A stretch of DNA of 64,000 bases from Candidatus Peribacteria bacterium (GCA_041691135.1 JBEPVF010000002.1:96001-160000), one strand, 5' to 3'. Shown: positions 49,885-60,166, counted from the stretch's first letter. Translations and numbers: made by a program. Notes: a model not told the origin generated them from the sequence alone.

Positions 49885-50592
49885 TCAGAGTTCCTGTCTG
49901 CTTGTGCGATGGTTCTGCAGGGTAAACCCCGCTGCAATGAGCCAGAGAAAACCCGGAAAGCGTGTGAGTGGAATCAGCAAGGACACCTGTGGGAGAACAA
50001 GGCTCAAGGTACTCAATTCACCGATGACCGCCAATACTAAACCACACACGCAAAGCCACTTGGGCAGAAGGCGGTAGAACAATGCGGGGACCGAGATTCC
50101 CGCAATCAGAAGTCCAAGCGCAACAGTGTAGCCGGGACCACCCGTCGCAAAGATGAGAGAATAGAGTGCTTGCACGAGCGGAACGTCCGCTGCGATACCG
50201 GACCGGGCCAGCGACCACTGCACGAGCGCGGATACCATGAGCAGGAAGGAAGCGGCGAACCCGCCAAAGAGTGCGATATCAATACCGGCCGCACGCACAC
50301 CCTGAAAACGAAGACGGCTCGTCATGGTGGCCGTATAGATGCCAAGGGGGATTGCCGAGCCGAATTGGAAGAACGCATTGAGCATCGCTTGCGTAGCATG
50401 TGTATTAAAGTACGCAGCCATTGCTTCCGGCGGCTGAAACGGTGTAGGGAAACCTCCGCCCCCAAGCGTCACAAACGCAAGTCCTGCGAGGAACAGGATG
50501 GTAAAGACCGTCGCAACAAGGCCGGGGTTTGGACCGGCATGACGGGGACCAATGACCAGAGTGCCGGATTCGGTAGTATTTGATGGAGTCAT
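49885..50592 (-). CDS. Multi-pass membrane protein (DUF4386-like)
   Basis: About 6 TM segments, LPKWL motif; divergent from the MarR gene. Confidence 0.65.
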   Translation of the reverse strand: MTPSNTTESGTLVIGPRHAGPNPGLVATVFTILFLAGLAFVTLGGGGFPTPFQPPEAMAAYFNTHATQAMLNAFFQFGSAIPLGIYTATMTSRLRFQGVRAAGIDIALFGGFAASFLLMVSALVQWSLARSGIAADVPLVQALYSLIFATGGPGYTVALGLLIAGISVPALFYRLLPKWLCVCGLVLAVIGELSTLSLVLPQVSLLIPLTRFPGFLWLIAAGFTLQNHRTSRQEL

Positions 50593-50632
50593 GTCTTTAC
50601 ATTAATTTTATTAATTGTTAATGTCAATAATA

Positions 50633-51127
50633 ATGAAGCACGAATCTACTAAATCCAATGTGGCTTTCCTTCTGGCACAAATCGGTGCACACGCAGCCGA
50701 ACGTTTTGCAAAACATCTCTCGCCGCTCGGTCTAACTCCTCCACTCGCTGGAATCCTGCGTATCCTTGGCCGCCAGCCTGGCATAACGCAGCAGGCGCTC
50801 GCAGACTTGCTTGGTATGTTCCCAAGTCGTCTCGTGCTGCTACTGGATGACTTGGAAAAGCGAGGATTGGTGGAACGTCATGCAAGACCGGACAATCGTC
50901 GTTCCTTCGCTTTGCGTCTTACAGCTGCAGGGATCAGCACGCTTGAAGCCATAGGTCGCGTCGCTCGACAGCACGAGCAGACGCTGTGTGCGGGTCTGAA
51001 TGAATCTGAGCGAGTTCAACTTCGGGAGTACCTTGAGAAAATTGCCGCCCATGAGAATATTCGTCCGGGTATTCACCCTGGTTATCGAAAGAATACTGAG
51101 AACCAAGCTCACAGGAAGCACTCATAG
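50633..51127 (+). CDS. MarR-family regulator
   Basis: ITQQALADLLG...LEKRGLVER...DNRR...LT..G. Confidence 0.9.
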   Translation: MKHESTKSNVAFLLAQIGAHAAERFAKHLSPLGLTPPLAGILRILGRQPGITQQALADLLGMFPSRLVLLLDDLEKRGLVERHARPDNRRSFALRLTAAGISTLEAIGRVARQHEQTLCAGLNESERVQLREYLEKIAAHENIRPGIHPGYRKNTENQAHRKHS

Positions 51128-51332
51128 GAACTGACGCTTCCCAACTAGTCGAACTAGATGTTCTACTTTTGACTGAAAAAAAGACGAAAAGTAATCACTG
51201 TCGAGCAGAACGTTTTTAATAGTGTCGGATTCGGGGAGCCAGAATAAACTTCTGCCACAAACAAGTCAGGATTATAATTACTTACTCCCAGAACCTGCGT
51301 AGCCGCAGCCAAAGCATGGGTCGAGGAGCCAT

Positions 51333-51764
51333 TCACTTCTTTTCGTACGCCCCAGCTGTTCCGGGGTTTTTCTCCGCAGCTTTGATTACTTTCTTCAATA
51401 TCGCCACATTCAGATCGCTAATTTTTTTGAAACGAATACAGCTCTTGCCCACACTGACCTTGCCGAGTTCTTTTTTATGCGTCTCTGCGATGTACTTGCC
51501 ATCTTGTACCGCACACACATGCAAACTGATGTAGTCCTTTTGATTGACCAGACCGAGTACCGGCCATTCGAGTATTTCCTTCTTGGCATTCTTATACTGA
51601 AAGCTGCCGTAGCCCAGCATATTGTAAGCAAGATGCGATTTGAGCGAGGGAGCGGTCGTTTGAATCAGCTTGTGTAGAAATTCGATGGCCTCCCGTCGAT
51701 CATCCGGCAGCGATGCTATGTACTCTTTCACAGACTTCGTCTTGAGGGGTTTGAACATGTTCAT
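51333..51764 (-). CDS. DUF1801 (YdhG-like) protein, copy 1
   Basis: MLGYG.F.YK, NQK.YISL, LGKVSVGKSCIRFKK. Confidence 0.85.
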   Translation of the reverse strand: MNMFKPLKTKSVKEYIASLPDDRREAIEFLHKLIQTTAPSLKSHLAYNMLGYGSFQYKNAKKEILEWPVLGLVNQKDYISLHVCAVQDGKYIAETHKKELGKVSVGKSCIRFKKISDLNVAILKKVIKAAEKNPGTAGAYEKK

Positions 51765-51878
51765 AGAACAAATTGTACCGGAGGGAAGTGTTCGAATACA
51801 TTCGAACTGCGATCGACAGTGCCATCGGGAATGCAGCTCGCAGTACTGTTGTGGAGAAGAATTAATCTCTATCAGAAT

Positions 51879-51905
51879 AAAAAAAGCCGCACGTGCGGCT
51901 TTTTT
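51879..51905. terminator. Bidirectional rho-independent terminator
   Basis: aaaaaaagccgc-acgt-gcggctttttt, downstream of the PepSY gene. Confidence 0.85.
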
Positions 51906-51921
51906 CCCTCTACTCAAATTG

Positions 51922-52476
51922 TTATTGAGCTGATGATGTTGCCGGTGCTGTCTGTATGGCGCCGGAAGTCGCAGCGTCATTGCCATCTTCCTTCTCGTTG
52001 GGATTGGCTTGGTCATTAACTTCGTTTGCATCGTCCTTGCCCTGCACTTCATTGGCATCGTTACCTTCATGTGGGCCACCTTGCCCGTCCTCCCAATTCT
52101 TGATCACTTTGCCGGTGACAGCATCAACAAGGACATCGTATTCCTTCCCTGTATTAGTGATCTCGATCTTGTAGGCGAGATTGCCATGCTCATTATTGAG
52201 CTTGTTCTCGTGAACCGTGCCCGGCTGTACCTGTATTGCTGCCTGTGCAGCTGCATCGGCAGAAATTTTGGCCTGCGACGGATCAACGGCTGCCTCCTGC
52301 GCATCAGGGACTTCTTTGTCCGGGCCGGTATTGTTGTCTTCAACTGTAGGTGCAGACTGCGTCGCGACGGATGTTGAAGATGTCGATGCGGCGCTCGACA
52401 TCTGGGCAAAGAACGGAACGGCCACGATAAGCGTGGATGCACCGGCTATTGCGCCAAGAAGGAATTTGTTCTTCAT
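51922..52476 (-). CDS. Secreted PepSY-domain protein with acidic low-complexity tail
   Basis: Signal peptide; KISADAA...YKIEI...DVLVDAVTGKVI. Confidence 0.85.
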   Translation of the reverse strand: MKNKFLLGAIAGASTLIVAVPFFAQMSSAASTSSTSVATQSAPTVEDNNTGPDKEVPDAQEAAVDPSQAKISADAAAQAAIQVQPGTVHENKLNNEHGNLAYKIEITNTGKEYDVLVDAVTGKVIKNWEDGQGGPHEGNDANEVQGKDDANEVNDQANPNEKEDGNDAATSGAIQTAPATSSAQ

Positions 52477-52523
52477 AGGTAGATGGATGAAAAGAAGTAA
52501 GGCCACAACCATACGACAGAATT

Positions 52524-52568
52524 CTTAAGAATCGGTTAAGATTGCCTTTATCTTCATAAAATCTTCAT
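52524..52568. promoter_or_regulatory. Two divergent OmpR-type direct-repeat boxes
   Basis: Minus strand TCTTAAC-N4-TCTTAAG (52524-52541); plus strand TCTTCAT-N4-TCTTCAT (52551-52568). Confidence 0.6.
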
Positions 52569-52590
52569 CTTCAGGAGTACACTGTCTTAT

Positions 52591-53265
52591 ATGCGGGTGT
52601 TGATCATCGAAGATCACCAGAAGATTGCGGAATCGATCCAGAGAGGCCTTAAGGCCGAAGGGTTTGCGGTCGACTTTATCTGTGATGGAGTAGAGGGACA
52701 GAAGCAAATCGAACAGAAGCAGCATGTCTATGATCTGGTCATTCTTGACCGCATGTTGCCGGGCAAAGACGGTCTCCAGATGTGCAAAGAATTAAGAGAG
52801 GAAGGAATCGCAATTCCCATCCTCATGCTCACGGCAAAAGATACGATTGAAGATCGCGTCGATGGCCTCAACGGCGGCGCGGACGATTATCTCGTCAAGC
52901 CCTTCGCGTTCGACGAGCTGGTGGCGCGCGTGCGGACATTGCTGCGACGGCCAAAGGCAACCTTGCCGACAACATTGCAGGTACGAGACCTTGTTCTCGA
53001 CGCTTCCCAAAAAAGCGTACAGCGTGGATTAAGGAAGATCAGCCTGACACTCAAAGAGTTCGCACTGCTTGAATATCTTATGCGCCATCCGAATCAAGTT
53101 CTTACGCGCGAGCAAATCGTTCATCATGTGTGGGATACTGCTTTCGATCCGCTCAGCAATGTCATCGACGTCCATGTGAAGAATCTGCGATCAAAAATTC
53201 ACTCCAGCCATGATGAACCCCTTCTCGAAACCATCCGCGGCGTCGGCTACCTCCTCCGAGGATAA
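52591..53265 (+). CDS. OmpR-family response regulator
   Basis: LIIED, ILDRMLP, GADDYLVKPF, ETIRGVGY. Confidence 0.95.
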   Translation: MRVLIIEDHQKIAESIQRGLKAEGFAVDFICDGVEGQKQIEQKQHVYDLVILDRMLPGKDGLQMCKELREEGIAIPILMLTAKDTIEDRVDGLNGGADDYLVKPFAFDELVARVRTLLRRPKATLPTTLQVRDLVLDASQKSVQRGLRKISLTLKEFALLEYLMRHPNQVLTREQIVHHVWDTAFDPLSNVIDVHVKNLRSKIHSSHDEPLLETIRGVGYLLRG

Positions 53266-54223
53266 GCTGTTTCTTTGGGCCAAATTAAAACTTTCAGCGC
53301 TCTACACGCTGTTCGTTATCCTGATCTTGGGAGCGCTGAGTACCCTTCTGTATTATGAGCTGGTTATCAACATCACCGATTCCTTCGGCGATCAGCTTTC
53401 GGTTGGATCTCCGCAAGAACACGCACTTCAGGAAACGCTCGAACGATTGCGCATGAGCATCGTTATGACGGATGTCGTCACCATTCTTATTGTTGTCTTC
53501 CTCAGTTATTTCTTTGCACGGTATACGCTGCGACCGATCAGAAAATCGTTGGAGGTGCAGAGGAGATTCGCAGCCGACGCCTCGCATGAACTTCGCACCC
53601 CTCTCACCGTCATGAAAACTGAACTGGAAGTGGCATTGCGCGATGCTTCTCTCAAGCCAAAAGAAATGCAGTCCGTATTCCGCAGTACATTAGAAGAAGT
53701 GGAACACATGTCCCAGCTGACGGAGCAGCTTCTCTTCCTTTCCCGCATCGATGCGCCATCTCATGCAGTTCTGACTTCGGTGAACCTCTCCATTCTTACG
53801 GAACGGATCGCATCGAAAATGAAAAAGATTGCGGATGAAAAAGGTTTGAAACTTACTTCCTCCATTGAACCAAACGTACATATTTGGGGTCACATGCATG
53901 ATCTGGAGCGCATGCTCTATAACCTCATCCAGAATGCCGTCGCCTATACCAAAAACGGCTCGATTCAAGTTCTGCTCAAGCGTTCCGGAGCTGACGTATT
54001 GCTCTCCATTCACGATACCGGTGTCGGCATTTCGGCTGAACATTTGCCTCACATCTTTGATCGTTTTTACAAAGTCGATGCCGCACGCGACACCCAGAAA
54101 GGAGGCGCGGGTTTGGGCTTGGCTATCACGAAAGAAATCGTAGAGCGGCACGGAGGACACATCGCGGTGAGAAGCGAACTGGCAAGGGGCACGCAATTCA
54201 CACTTCGCTTTACGGCTGCGTAG
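53210..54223 (+). CDS. Cognate sensor histidine kinase (start uncertain)
   Basis: ASHELRTPL, NLIQNA, DTGVGI, GAGLGL. Confidence 0.92.
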   Translation: MMNPFSKPSAASATSSEDKLFLWAKLKLSALYTLFVILILGALSTLLYYELVINITDSFGDQLSVGSPQEHALQETLERLRMSIVMTDVVTILIVVFLSYFFARYTLRPIRKSLEVQRRFAADASHELRTPLTVMKTELEVALRDASLKPKEMQSVFRSTLEEVEHMSQLTEQLLFLSRIDAPSHAVLTSVNLSILTERIASKMKKIADEKGLKLTSSIEPNVHIWGHMHDLERMLYNLIQNAVAYTKNGSIQVLLKRSGADVLLSIHDTGVGISAEHLPHIFDRFYKVDAARDTQKGGAGLGLAITKEIVERHGGHIAVRSELARGTQFTLRFTAA

Positions 54224-54232
54224 AAGAAATTT

Positions 54233-54250
54233 TCTTCATCGATTCTTCAT
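54233..54250 (+). promoter_or_regulatory. Third direct-repeat box TCTTCAT-N4-TCTTCAT
   Basis: Same heptamers and 11-bp period as 52551-52568. Confidence 0.6.
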
Positions 54251-54296
54251 GTTCGCCATGCATGATACGATACATAGTTCCCATCCAAGATTCCGT

Positions 54297-55508
54297 ATGC
54301 AACTTTCGATAAAAAACCGCGAGATGCTCAATAAAGTCCCTGAAGTTACCCTGTGGTTCTGGATCATCAAGATCCTCTGCACGACCGTGGGCGAGACGGC
54401 GGCGGATTTCCTCAACGTGAATTTGAATTTCGGTCTCACGGGTACTTCCATCGTTACGGGCATCCTGCTCGCGATTGCGTTCATCTTCCAATTCAGGGCA
54501 AAAAAGTACGTTCCGTGGATCTACTGGCTCGCCGTCGCCCTCGTGAGCATCTTCGGTACGCTTGTGACTGACAACCTGACGGATGCGATGGGTGTGCCGC
54601 TGGAGTTCAGCACCATCCTGTTCAGCGTCCTTCTCGCGATGACCTTCCTGATCTGGTACCTGAACGAGAAAACACTGGCGATCCATTCCATTTTCACGAC
54701 GCGCAGAGAGACGTTCTACTGGCTCACGATTCTCTTCACCTTTGCACTCGGTACGGCTTCCGGAGATCTCTATGCCGAAGGTCTTGGTCTCGGCTATCTC
54801 ATGACCGGTCTCATCGTTGCGACGTTCATTCTCATTTTTGCAATCGGCTGGAAATTGGGCCTTCACTCTGTGCTCTCGTTCTGGCTCATCTACATCCTCA
54901 CCCGTCCCCTTGGGGCTTCGATTGGCGACTTGCTTACACAACCGGGCAGTCATGGCGGACTGGGACTCGGGGCAACGACGACGAGCGTGATTTTCTGCGG
55001 CGGGATTTTCCTCATTGTGCTCTACCTTTCGATCACGAAGCGCGACGTCATCACCAACCCGGGGGAGTACAAAGCTGAACTGAAAGAACACGGCGGCTTG
55101 GGACAGACAGTGGTGGTGGTTGCGCTGATGGTCCTTGCAGGCGGCATCGGCTACCACGACCGCAAACTGGCATTGCAAATGCCTGTGCCACTAGCGACTG
55201 CATCCGGTACGGGAACGGCTCAGCAAGCTGCTGCTCCGGCGCTTAGCGATTTCTCAAGTTTCAAAACGATCACACAGGACACGCTTGATCTGCTGAATGC
55301 AGGAAAGCAATCAGAAGCGACCACGCGCATCGGCGATCTGGAATATGCCTGGGATCAAGGTGAAGCCAGATTAAAACCGAGAGACACGGCGACGTGGACG
55401 AAGATCGATGGCAAGATCGATACCGTACTGCGCTCTCTCCGGGCGGTGAATCCGGACTTGGCGAGTGAGAAGACTGCACTGCAGGCGTTGCTCGCTGTTC
55501 TCAAGTGA
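54297..55508 (+). CDS. COG4705/DUF347 membrane protein with an extra C-terminal helical domain
   Basis: KVPEVTLWFWIIK...TTVGET, TFALGTA.GD, LTRPLGAS. Confidence 0.85.
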   Translation: MQLSIKNREMLNKVPEVTLWFWIIKILCTTVGETAADFLNVNLNFGLTGTSIVTGILLAIAFIFQFRAKKYVPWIYWLAVALVSIFGTLVTDNLTDAMGVPLEFSTILFSVLLAMTFLIWYLNEKTLAIHSIFTTRRETFYWLTILFTFALGTASGDLYAEGLGLGYLMTGLIVATFILIFAIGWKLGLHSVLSFWLIYILTRPLGASIGDLLTQPGSHGGLGLGATTTSVIFCGGIFLIVLYLSITKRDVITNPGEYKAELKEHGGLGQTVVVVALMVLAGGIGYHDRKLALQMPVPLATASGTGTAQQAAAPALSDFSSFKTITQDTLDLLNAGKQSEATTRIGDLEYAWDQGEARLKPRDTATWTKIDGKIDTVLRSLRAVNPDLASEKTALQALLAVLK

Positions 55509-55519
55509 GAGAACGCCCT

Positions 55520-56284
55520 ATGAATGCACTTCATGCAGAGCGCAGGCTCGGACAGATGGCGGTGAAAGTGCCGGCAGTGACGGCGCTGTTCTGGATTATC
55601 AAAGTTCTGACAACAGGCATGGGCGAGACCACTTCCGATTATCTGGCCCACACGATCAACCCGCTTGTCGCTGTCGTCATCGGAGGTATTGCACTGCTGA
55701 TTGCATTAGCACTGCAGTTCTCCGTTCGTCGGTACATTCCATGGGTATACTGGCTTGCCGTGCTTATGGTAAGTGTCTTCGGCACGATGGCCGCCGATAT
55801 CTTGCATGTGGGCTTCGGCATTCCGTATATCATTTCCGCGCTCTTCTTCGCGATACTGCTCGGCTCGATTTTTATCGCATGGCACAGAAACGAGAAAACC
55901 CTCTCCATCCACAGCATCTACACCTTCCGCAGGGAGATATTCTATTGGGCGACCGTGCTCGTCACCTTTGCGCTCGGCACAGCAACAGGCGATCTGACCG
56001 CATCAACGCTGCACTTTGGTTACTTCGCATCCGGTCTGATCTTCGCTGTCATCATTGCCATTCCAGCAGTTGGCTATTATAAATTCGGAATGAACGAGAT
56101 TCTGACATTCTGGTTTGCCTACATCATCACGCGGCCGCTGGGAGCCTCATTCGCGGATTGGATGGGTGTGTCACTGCGGCGTGGCGGCCTTGGGCTTGGC
56201 ACTGGCTCTGTGAGCCTGAGTATCTTTGTCTTGATTCTCTTCTTCGTAACATACTTGAGCATGACAGAGAAAAAATCTTCCTGA
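55520..56284 (+). CDS. COG4705/DUF347 membrane protein (paralog)
   Basis: KVPAVT..FWIIK.LTT.MGET, TFALGTATGD, ITRPLGAS. Confidence 0.85.
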   Translation: MNALHAERRLGQMAVKVPAVTALFWIIKVLTTGMGETTSDYLAHTINPLVAVVIGGIALLIALALQFSVRRYIPWVYWLAVLMVSVFGTMAADILHVGFGIPYIISALFFAILLGSIFIAWHRNEKTLSIHSIYTFRREIFYWATVLVTFALGTATGDLTASTLHFGYFASGLIFAVIIAIPAVGYYKFGMNEILTFWFAYIITRPLGASFADWMGVSLRRGGLGLGTGSVSLSIFVLILFFVTYLSMTEKKSS

Positions 56285-56406
56285 AATTTTCTGCAGGATT
56301 ATTTCCAAATAAACGATCCATATTATGTTTCAACATCGCTTTTTTGGCAACTGAGTGTGTAGATTGATGCTTCTGGCATTCAATTGAGCCTGATAGGATT
56401 ACTATC

Positions 56407-59400
56407 ATGTTTCTTTCTGCCAAAAGAAAATTAAACGGACGGACACTGCTTTCAGCAGTTGCAACAATCTCATTGTTAGTCATTGCACCTGCGTATGCAG
56501 CAGCACCAAGCGCCGGTGGAAATACAACGGTCGTAAAACCTTCTGACGAAACTGCCGTGAGCGTAACTGAAGACGCTGTGCAGCCGGAATCCGCAAATAT
56601 TCGTCTCATCGTTTCTACATTGAGTGACTCGGATGGCGGAACACCCAGCAAAATCCGCATTCTTTCGGTAACAGGTGGAACGCTATGGGACAGTGGCGGT
56701 GGCACTATCACCCTTGGCGCGGCAGGCACGGAACTCAGTCTCTCAAGCGGCAAAGTGGATCTCCGATTCCGACCAACATCAAACCGCGATACCAATGCAA
56801 GTTTTCAGTACGTCGTCGTGGACGTGCAGGACGAGTCTATTAACTCCAGTGCCTCGACTGCAACCATTCCCATTACGGCAGTGAACGATGCGCCAATTAT
56901 GCAGACTGTTAGCGGCGACAACGGGACTGGTCTTGCTGCAACGTACTACATCAGTAGCTGGGATTTAACGGGTACGACGTACAACCGCATCGACTCGACG
57001 ATCAACTTCGGTAACAACTTCAATGTTCCCGGCTACAATGCCGATAACTTCAGCGCACGTTGGACGGGACAGGTGAAAGCGCCTATCACCGGCAATATCA
57101 CCTTCAGCACCGTGAGCGACGATGGCGTGCGTTTGTGGATCAATGACAACTTGGTCATCGATAACTGGACCGTGCACGGCGATACGACCGACACCGCTTC
57201 TCCTATTACGATGACAGGAGGAACAAAGTACAACGTGAAGATGGAATTCTACGAACGTGGTGGCGGTGAAACAGCCAGTTTGCGGTGGGCCTATACGGGT
57301 CAGAGCACAGTGGTCATTCCGCAGGCATCCCTCTTCCCTGCAACGAGCCGTCCCACGCTCACCTACGTGAACGGATCGGCCTCGGCGATCATTGATGACG
57401 CTATCACGATTTCCGATGTCGACAATACGACCGCTTCGAGCGGGTCAGTCGTTATCAGCAGCGGGTACACCAGCGGTGAGGATTCGCTGCTATTCACAAA
57501 TCAAAATGGCATCACAGGTTCGTACAGCGCAGGCACGTTAATCCTGACAGGTACGACCTCCATGGCCAACTATCAAACTGCCCTGCGCTCCGTGCGCTAC
57601 GCCAACAGCAATGCTTCTCCTGATACCACAACACGTACGATAAAATTCAAGATGAACGACGGACATGATGACAGCAACTTTACTTTTCGCAATATCGGCT
57701 TCACGGCTACGAATACGGCGCCGGTCATTACAGCAGGCACTAGTACTGGCGTGACCATGGATGAGAACTCGAGTCCGACTGCATTCTCGCTTACCCTCAG
57801 CGCCACCGACGCAGAAAATCAAAGTATCATATGGAGCATTTCGGGTGCGGCATCTCACGGAACAGCTTCTGCGAGCGGTGCGGGCGACAGTATGGCGATT
57901 AGCTACGCGCCGAATACAAATTACTTCGGCTCCGACAGTTTTATCGTGCAAGCTTCCGATGGTTCCTCAACTGATACGATCACGGTGAACGTGACGATTA
58001 CCGACCGCACTCCTCCTACTCTCAGTTCCATTGCAACGTCTTCTGTTACCGCTAGCGGAGCGACTATCACTTGGACCTCGAATGTGAATGCGTCGACCAA
58101 AGTGAATTACGGTCTGAATACATCATATGGAACAAACACCACAGAAACAGATACTTCTTCTCGCGTCACTTCACATACAAAATCACTGAGCGGACTGCTT
58201 GCATGCACCCAATACCACTACGCCGTTATTTCTACAGATAGTAGTTCGAATACTGCAACGTCGAGCGATAAGATTTTTACCACCGCAGGCTGTCGGGGTG
58301 ATGCGACAATTAAAGCAGGAACCGGCACGAGCATTATTTACAATGCGTTGGGCTCTACAGGAAGTATTATACTCTCCGGCACGGGAAGATCTCTAAGTCT
58401 TAGTGTGCCATCCGGTTACGTTGCTTCGAATGTAACCTGTCCTACGGGAGTGAACTTCCAGCTGAAAGAATTGGCAGCCAGCAACGTCGAAAGTGCATTA
58501 GGCAGTCCTTCGGGTCGCAACACGATCGTCAGTGCACATGATCTGTCTGCGTATTGTCCGGATTCCACACGCGTCACATCGTTCGATAAATCACTAACAG
58601 TCACCTTTACCTATGCCGATTCCGACATTTCGGGCTTGGTGGAATCATCGTTGAGTGTCTACCGCTATGGCTCGGACTCGACTGCATGGGACGAACTGAC
58701 GTGTTCGCAAGATATGTCAGCAAATACACTGACATGCAGTACGACACACTTCTCGTCTTTTGGTTTGTTCGGTACACCGACATCATCTTCGGATACGACC
58801 AGTACAACTTCAACAAGCAATAGAAGCGGAGGGTGTCGCGGTAGCGGCTGCGGAGATCTTCTCCTCACGAATCCACTGGCATATCGGCGAGCGAGCATGC
58901 CCTCCGTACAGACTACAACAGGCAACACTCCTCTCGCTGCTCCCTGTGCCACAGATACTGTACCCGGCAAGAAGGGACTCCTGTGGATGTCGGTCGGAAG
59001 TCACTCCGTTCTTTTTTCCGACGTTCCCCTGTCGGCATGGTTCGCTTGCCCGGTGCATCGGGTGATCGAGAAAGAAATTTTTTCGGGTTATATGGACGGG
59101 AATGGAAATCCAACCGGTCTCTATGGACCGGCGGACCCGATCTCCTTGGGACAACTGGCGAAAGTGGCAGTAAAACTGGCAGGGAAGCAAGTAGTGACTA
59201 CCCAAATGATCGGTCAGGAATGGGCGCTGCCTTATATGCAAGAAGCTGAGAAAATGGGACTCTCTGCATTCTTGAATAAAATAGATGAAGGTATGCCTGC
59301 CACTCGTGGAGCAGTAGTGCAGACAATCCTAGAAGCGCTCAAAATTCCCCTGCAAGATGCGGCTCTCCCCTACTCCGACGTTCCGACAGGTTCGATGTAT

Positions 59401-59538
59401 GCGAAGGCGATTGGTACAGCTACGAAGCTTGGGATTGTAAATGGTGATGCAGAACAAAATACTTTCCGTCCGAATGCGCCGATCAACCGGGCCGAAGTTG
59501 CAAAGATGATCGTATTGGCACTGGAGATCGAACGATAA
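56407..59538 (+). CDS. Large surface protein: cadherin/Ig-like repeats, PA14, FN3-like and C-terminal SLH domains
   Basis: Signal peptide; VNDAP; FSARWTG, SDDGVRLWI (PA14); ATITWTS...YG; TTHFSSF; SLH motifs FSDV, TRG, FRPNAPINRAE. Confidence 0.85.
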   Translation: MFLSAKRKLNGRTLLSAVATISLLVIAPAYAAAPSAGGNTTVVKPSDETAVSVTEDAVQPESANIRLIVSTLSDSDGGTPSKIRILSVTGGTLWDSGGGTITLGAAGTELSLSSGKVDLRFRPTSNRDTNASFQYVVVDVQDESINSSASTATIPITAVNDAPIMQTVSGDNGTGLAATYYISSWDLTGTTYNRIDSTINFGNNFNVPGYNADNFSARWTGQVKAPITGNITFSTVSDDGVRLWINDNLVIDNWTVHGDTTDTASPITMTGGTKYNVKMEFYERGGGETASLRWAYTGQSTVVIPQASLFPATSRPTLTYVNGSASAIIDDAITISDVDNTTASSGSVVISSGYTSGEDSLLFTNQNGITGSYSAGTLILTGTTSMANYQTALRSVRYANSNASPDTTTRTIKFKMNDGHDDSNFTFRNIGFTATNTAPVITAGTSTGVTMDENSSPTAFSLTLSATDAENQSIIWSISGAASHGTASASGAGDSMAISYAPNTNYFGSDSFIVQASDGSSTDTITVNVTITDRTPPTLSSIATSSVTASGATITWTSNVNASTKVNYGLNTSYGTNTTETDTSSRVTSHTKSLSGLLACTQYHYAVISTDSSSNTATSSDKIFTTAGCRGDATIKAGTGTSIIYNALGSTGSIILSGTGRSLSLSVPSGYVASNVTCPTGVNFQLKELAASNVESALGSPSGRNTIVSAHDLSAYCPDSTRVTSFDKSLTVTFTYADSDISGLVESSLSVYRYGSDSTAWDELTCSQDMSANTLTCSTTHFSSFGLFGTPTSSSDTTSTTSTSNRSGGCRGSGCGDLLLTNPLAYRRASMPSVQTTTGNTPLAAPCATDTVPGKKGLLWMSVGSHSVLFSDVPLSAWFACPVHRVIEKEIFSGYMDGNGNPTGLYGPADPISLGQLAKVAVKLAGKQVVTTQMIGQEWALPYMQEAEKMGLSAFLNKIDEGMPATRGAVVQTILEALKIPLQDAALPYSDVPTGSMYAKAIGTATKLGIVNGDAEQNTFRPNAPINRAEVAKMIVLALEIER

Positions 59539-59602
59539 TATTTCCATACACTCGAACCACCTGACCACGTCGAAGCAATCAGATGTAATTGGGTGTGTAA
59601 CT

Positions 59603-60166
59603 TTAAACTTTTAACGAACCGCGGAACCCCCGAGCGGCGTAATAAGAATCTGCACCGTTGTGATACATGAAGACAGTATCGTAGCGACGATCGCAAAACA
59701 CAGCGCCCCCGAGTTTCCTGATATCAGAAGGTGTCTTCACCCAGCTTGATGACTTTGTATCGAATTCTTCAAGTTCCTGTAGCGCTCGATACTCCTCTTC
59801 CGAAAGCAGATCGATACCCATGGCAGCTGCCACATCCAGAGCACTGTCTTTTGGTTTATGTTCTTTTCTCGCCTCCAGCGCTTGACGATCGTAACAAAGA
59901 CTCCTGCGTCCTTTCGGACTTTCTTCTGAACAATCAGTGAAAATGTATTCGCCCGTCTTTTTGTCGTGACCAATAACATCGGGCTCGCCGCCGGTTTCTT
60001 CCATTTGGCTGAGTGACCACAGTTTTTTCTTGTTAGCTTCCAACTTCATTTGCACTTTCGCCCACAAAAGACCCTTATGACGGTTCATGTGTTTCTCAAA
60101 ACGAGCTTTCAATGCTCTAAGTAATTCTTGGTGCTGCTTCGACGACAACTCCTTTTTAGTGCTCAT
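59603..60166 (-). CDS. DUF4256-family protein
   Basis: MEETGGEPD, ESPKGRRSLCYD, YHNGADSYYAARGFRG. Confidence 0.85.
   Translation of the reverse strand: MSTKKELSSKQHQELLRALKARFEKHMNRHKGLLWAKVQMKLEANKKKLWSLSQMEETGGEPDVIGHDKKTGEYIFTDCSEESPKGRRSLCYDRQALEARKEHKPKDSALDVAAAMGIDLLSEEEYRALQELEEFDTKSSSWVKTPSDIRKLGGAVFCDRRYDTVFMYHNGADSYYAARGFRGSLKV

Noticed and set aside
51765-52079. N-terminal extension of the 248-aa ORF 51333-52079
   Set aside because: The extension crosses a terminator and overlaps the PepSY gene; the paralog at 61913-62347 shows the true start is MNMFKP at 51764.
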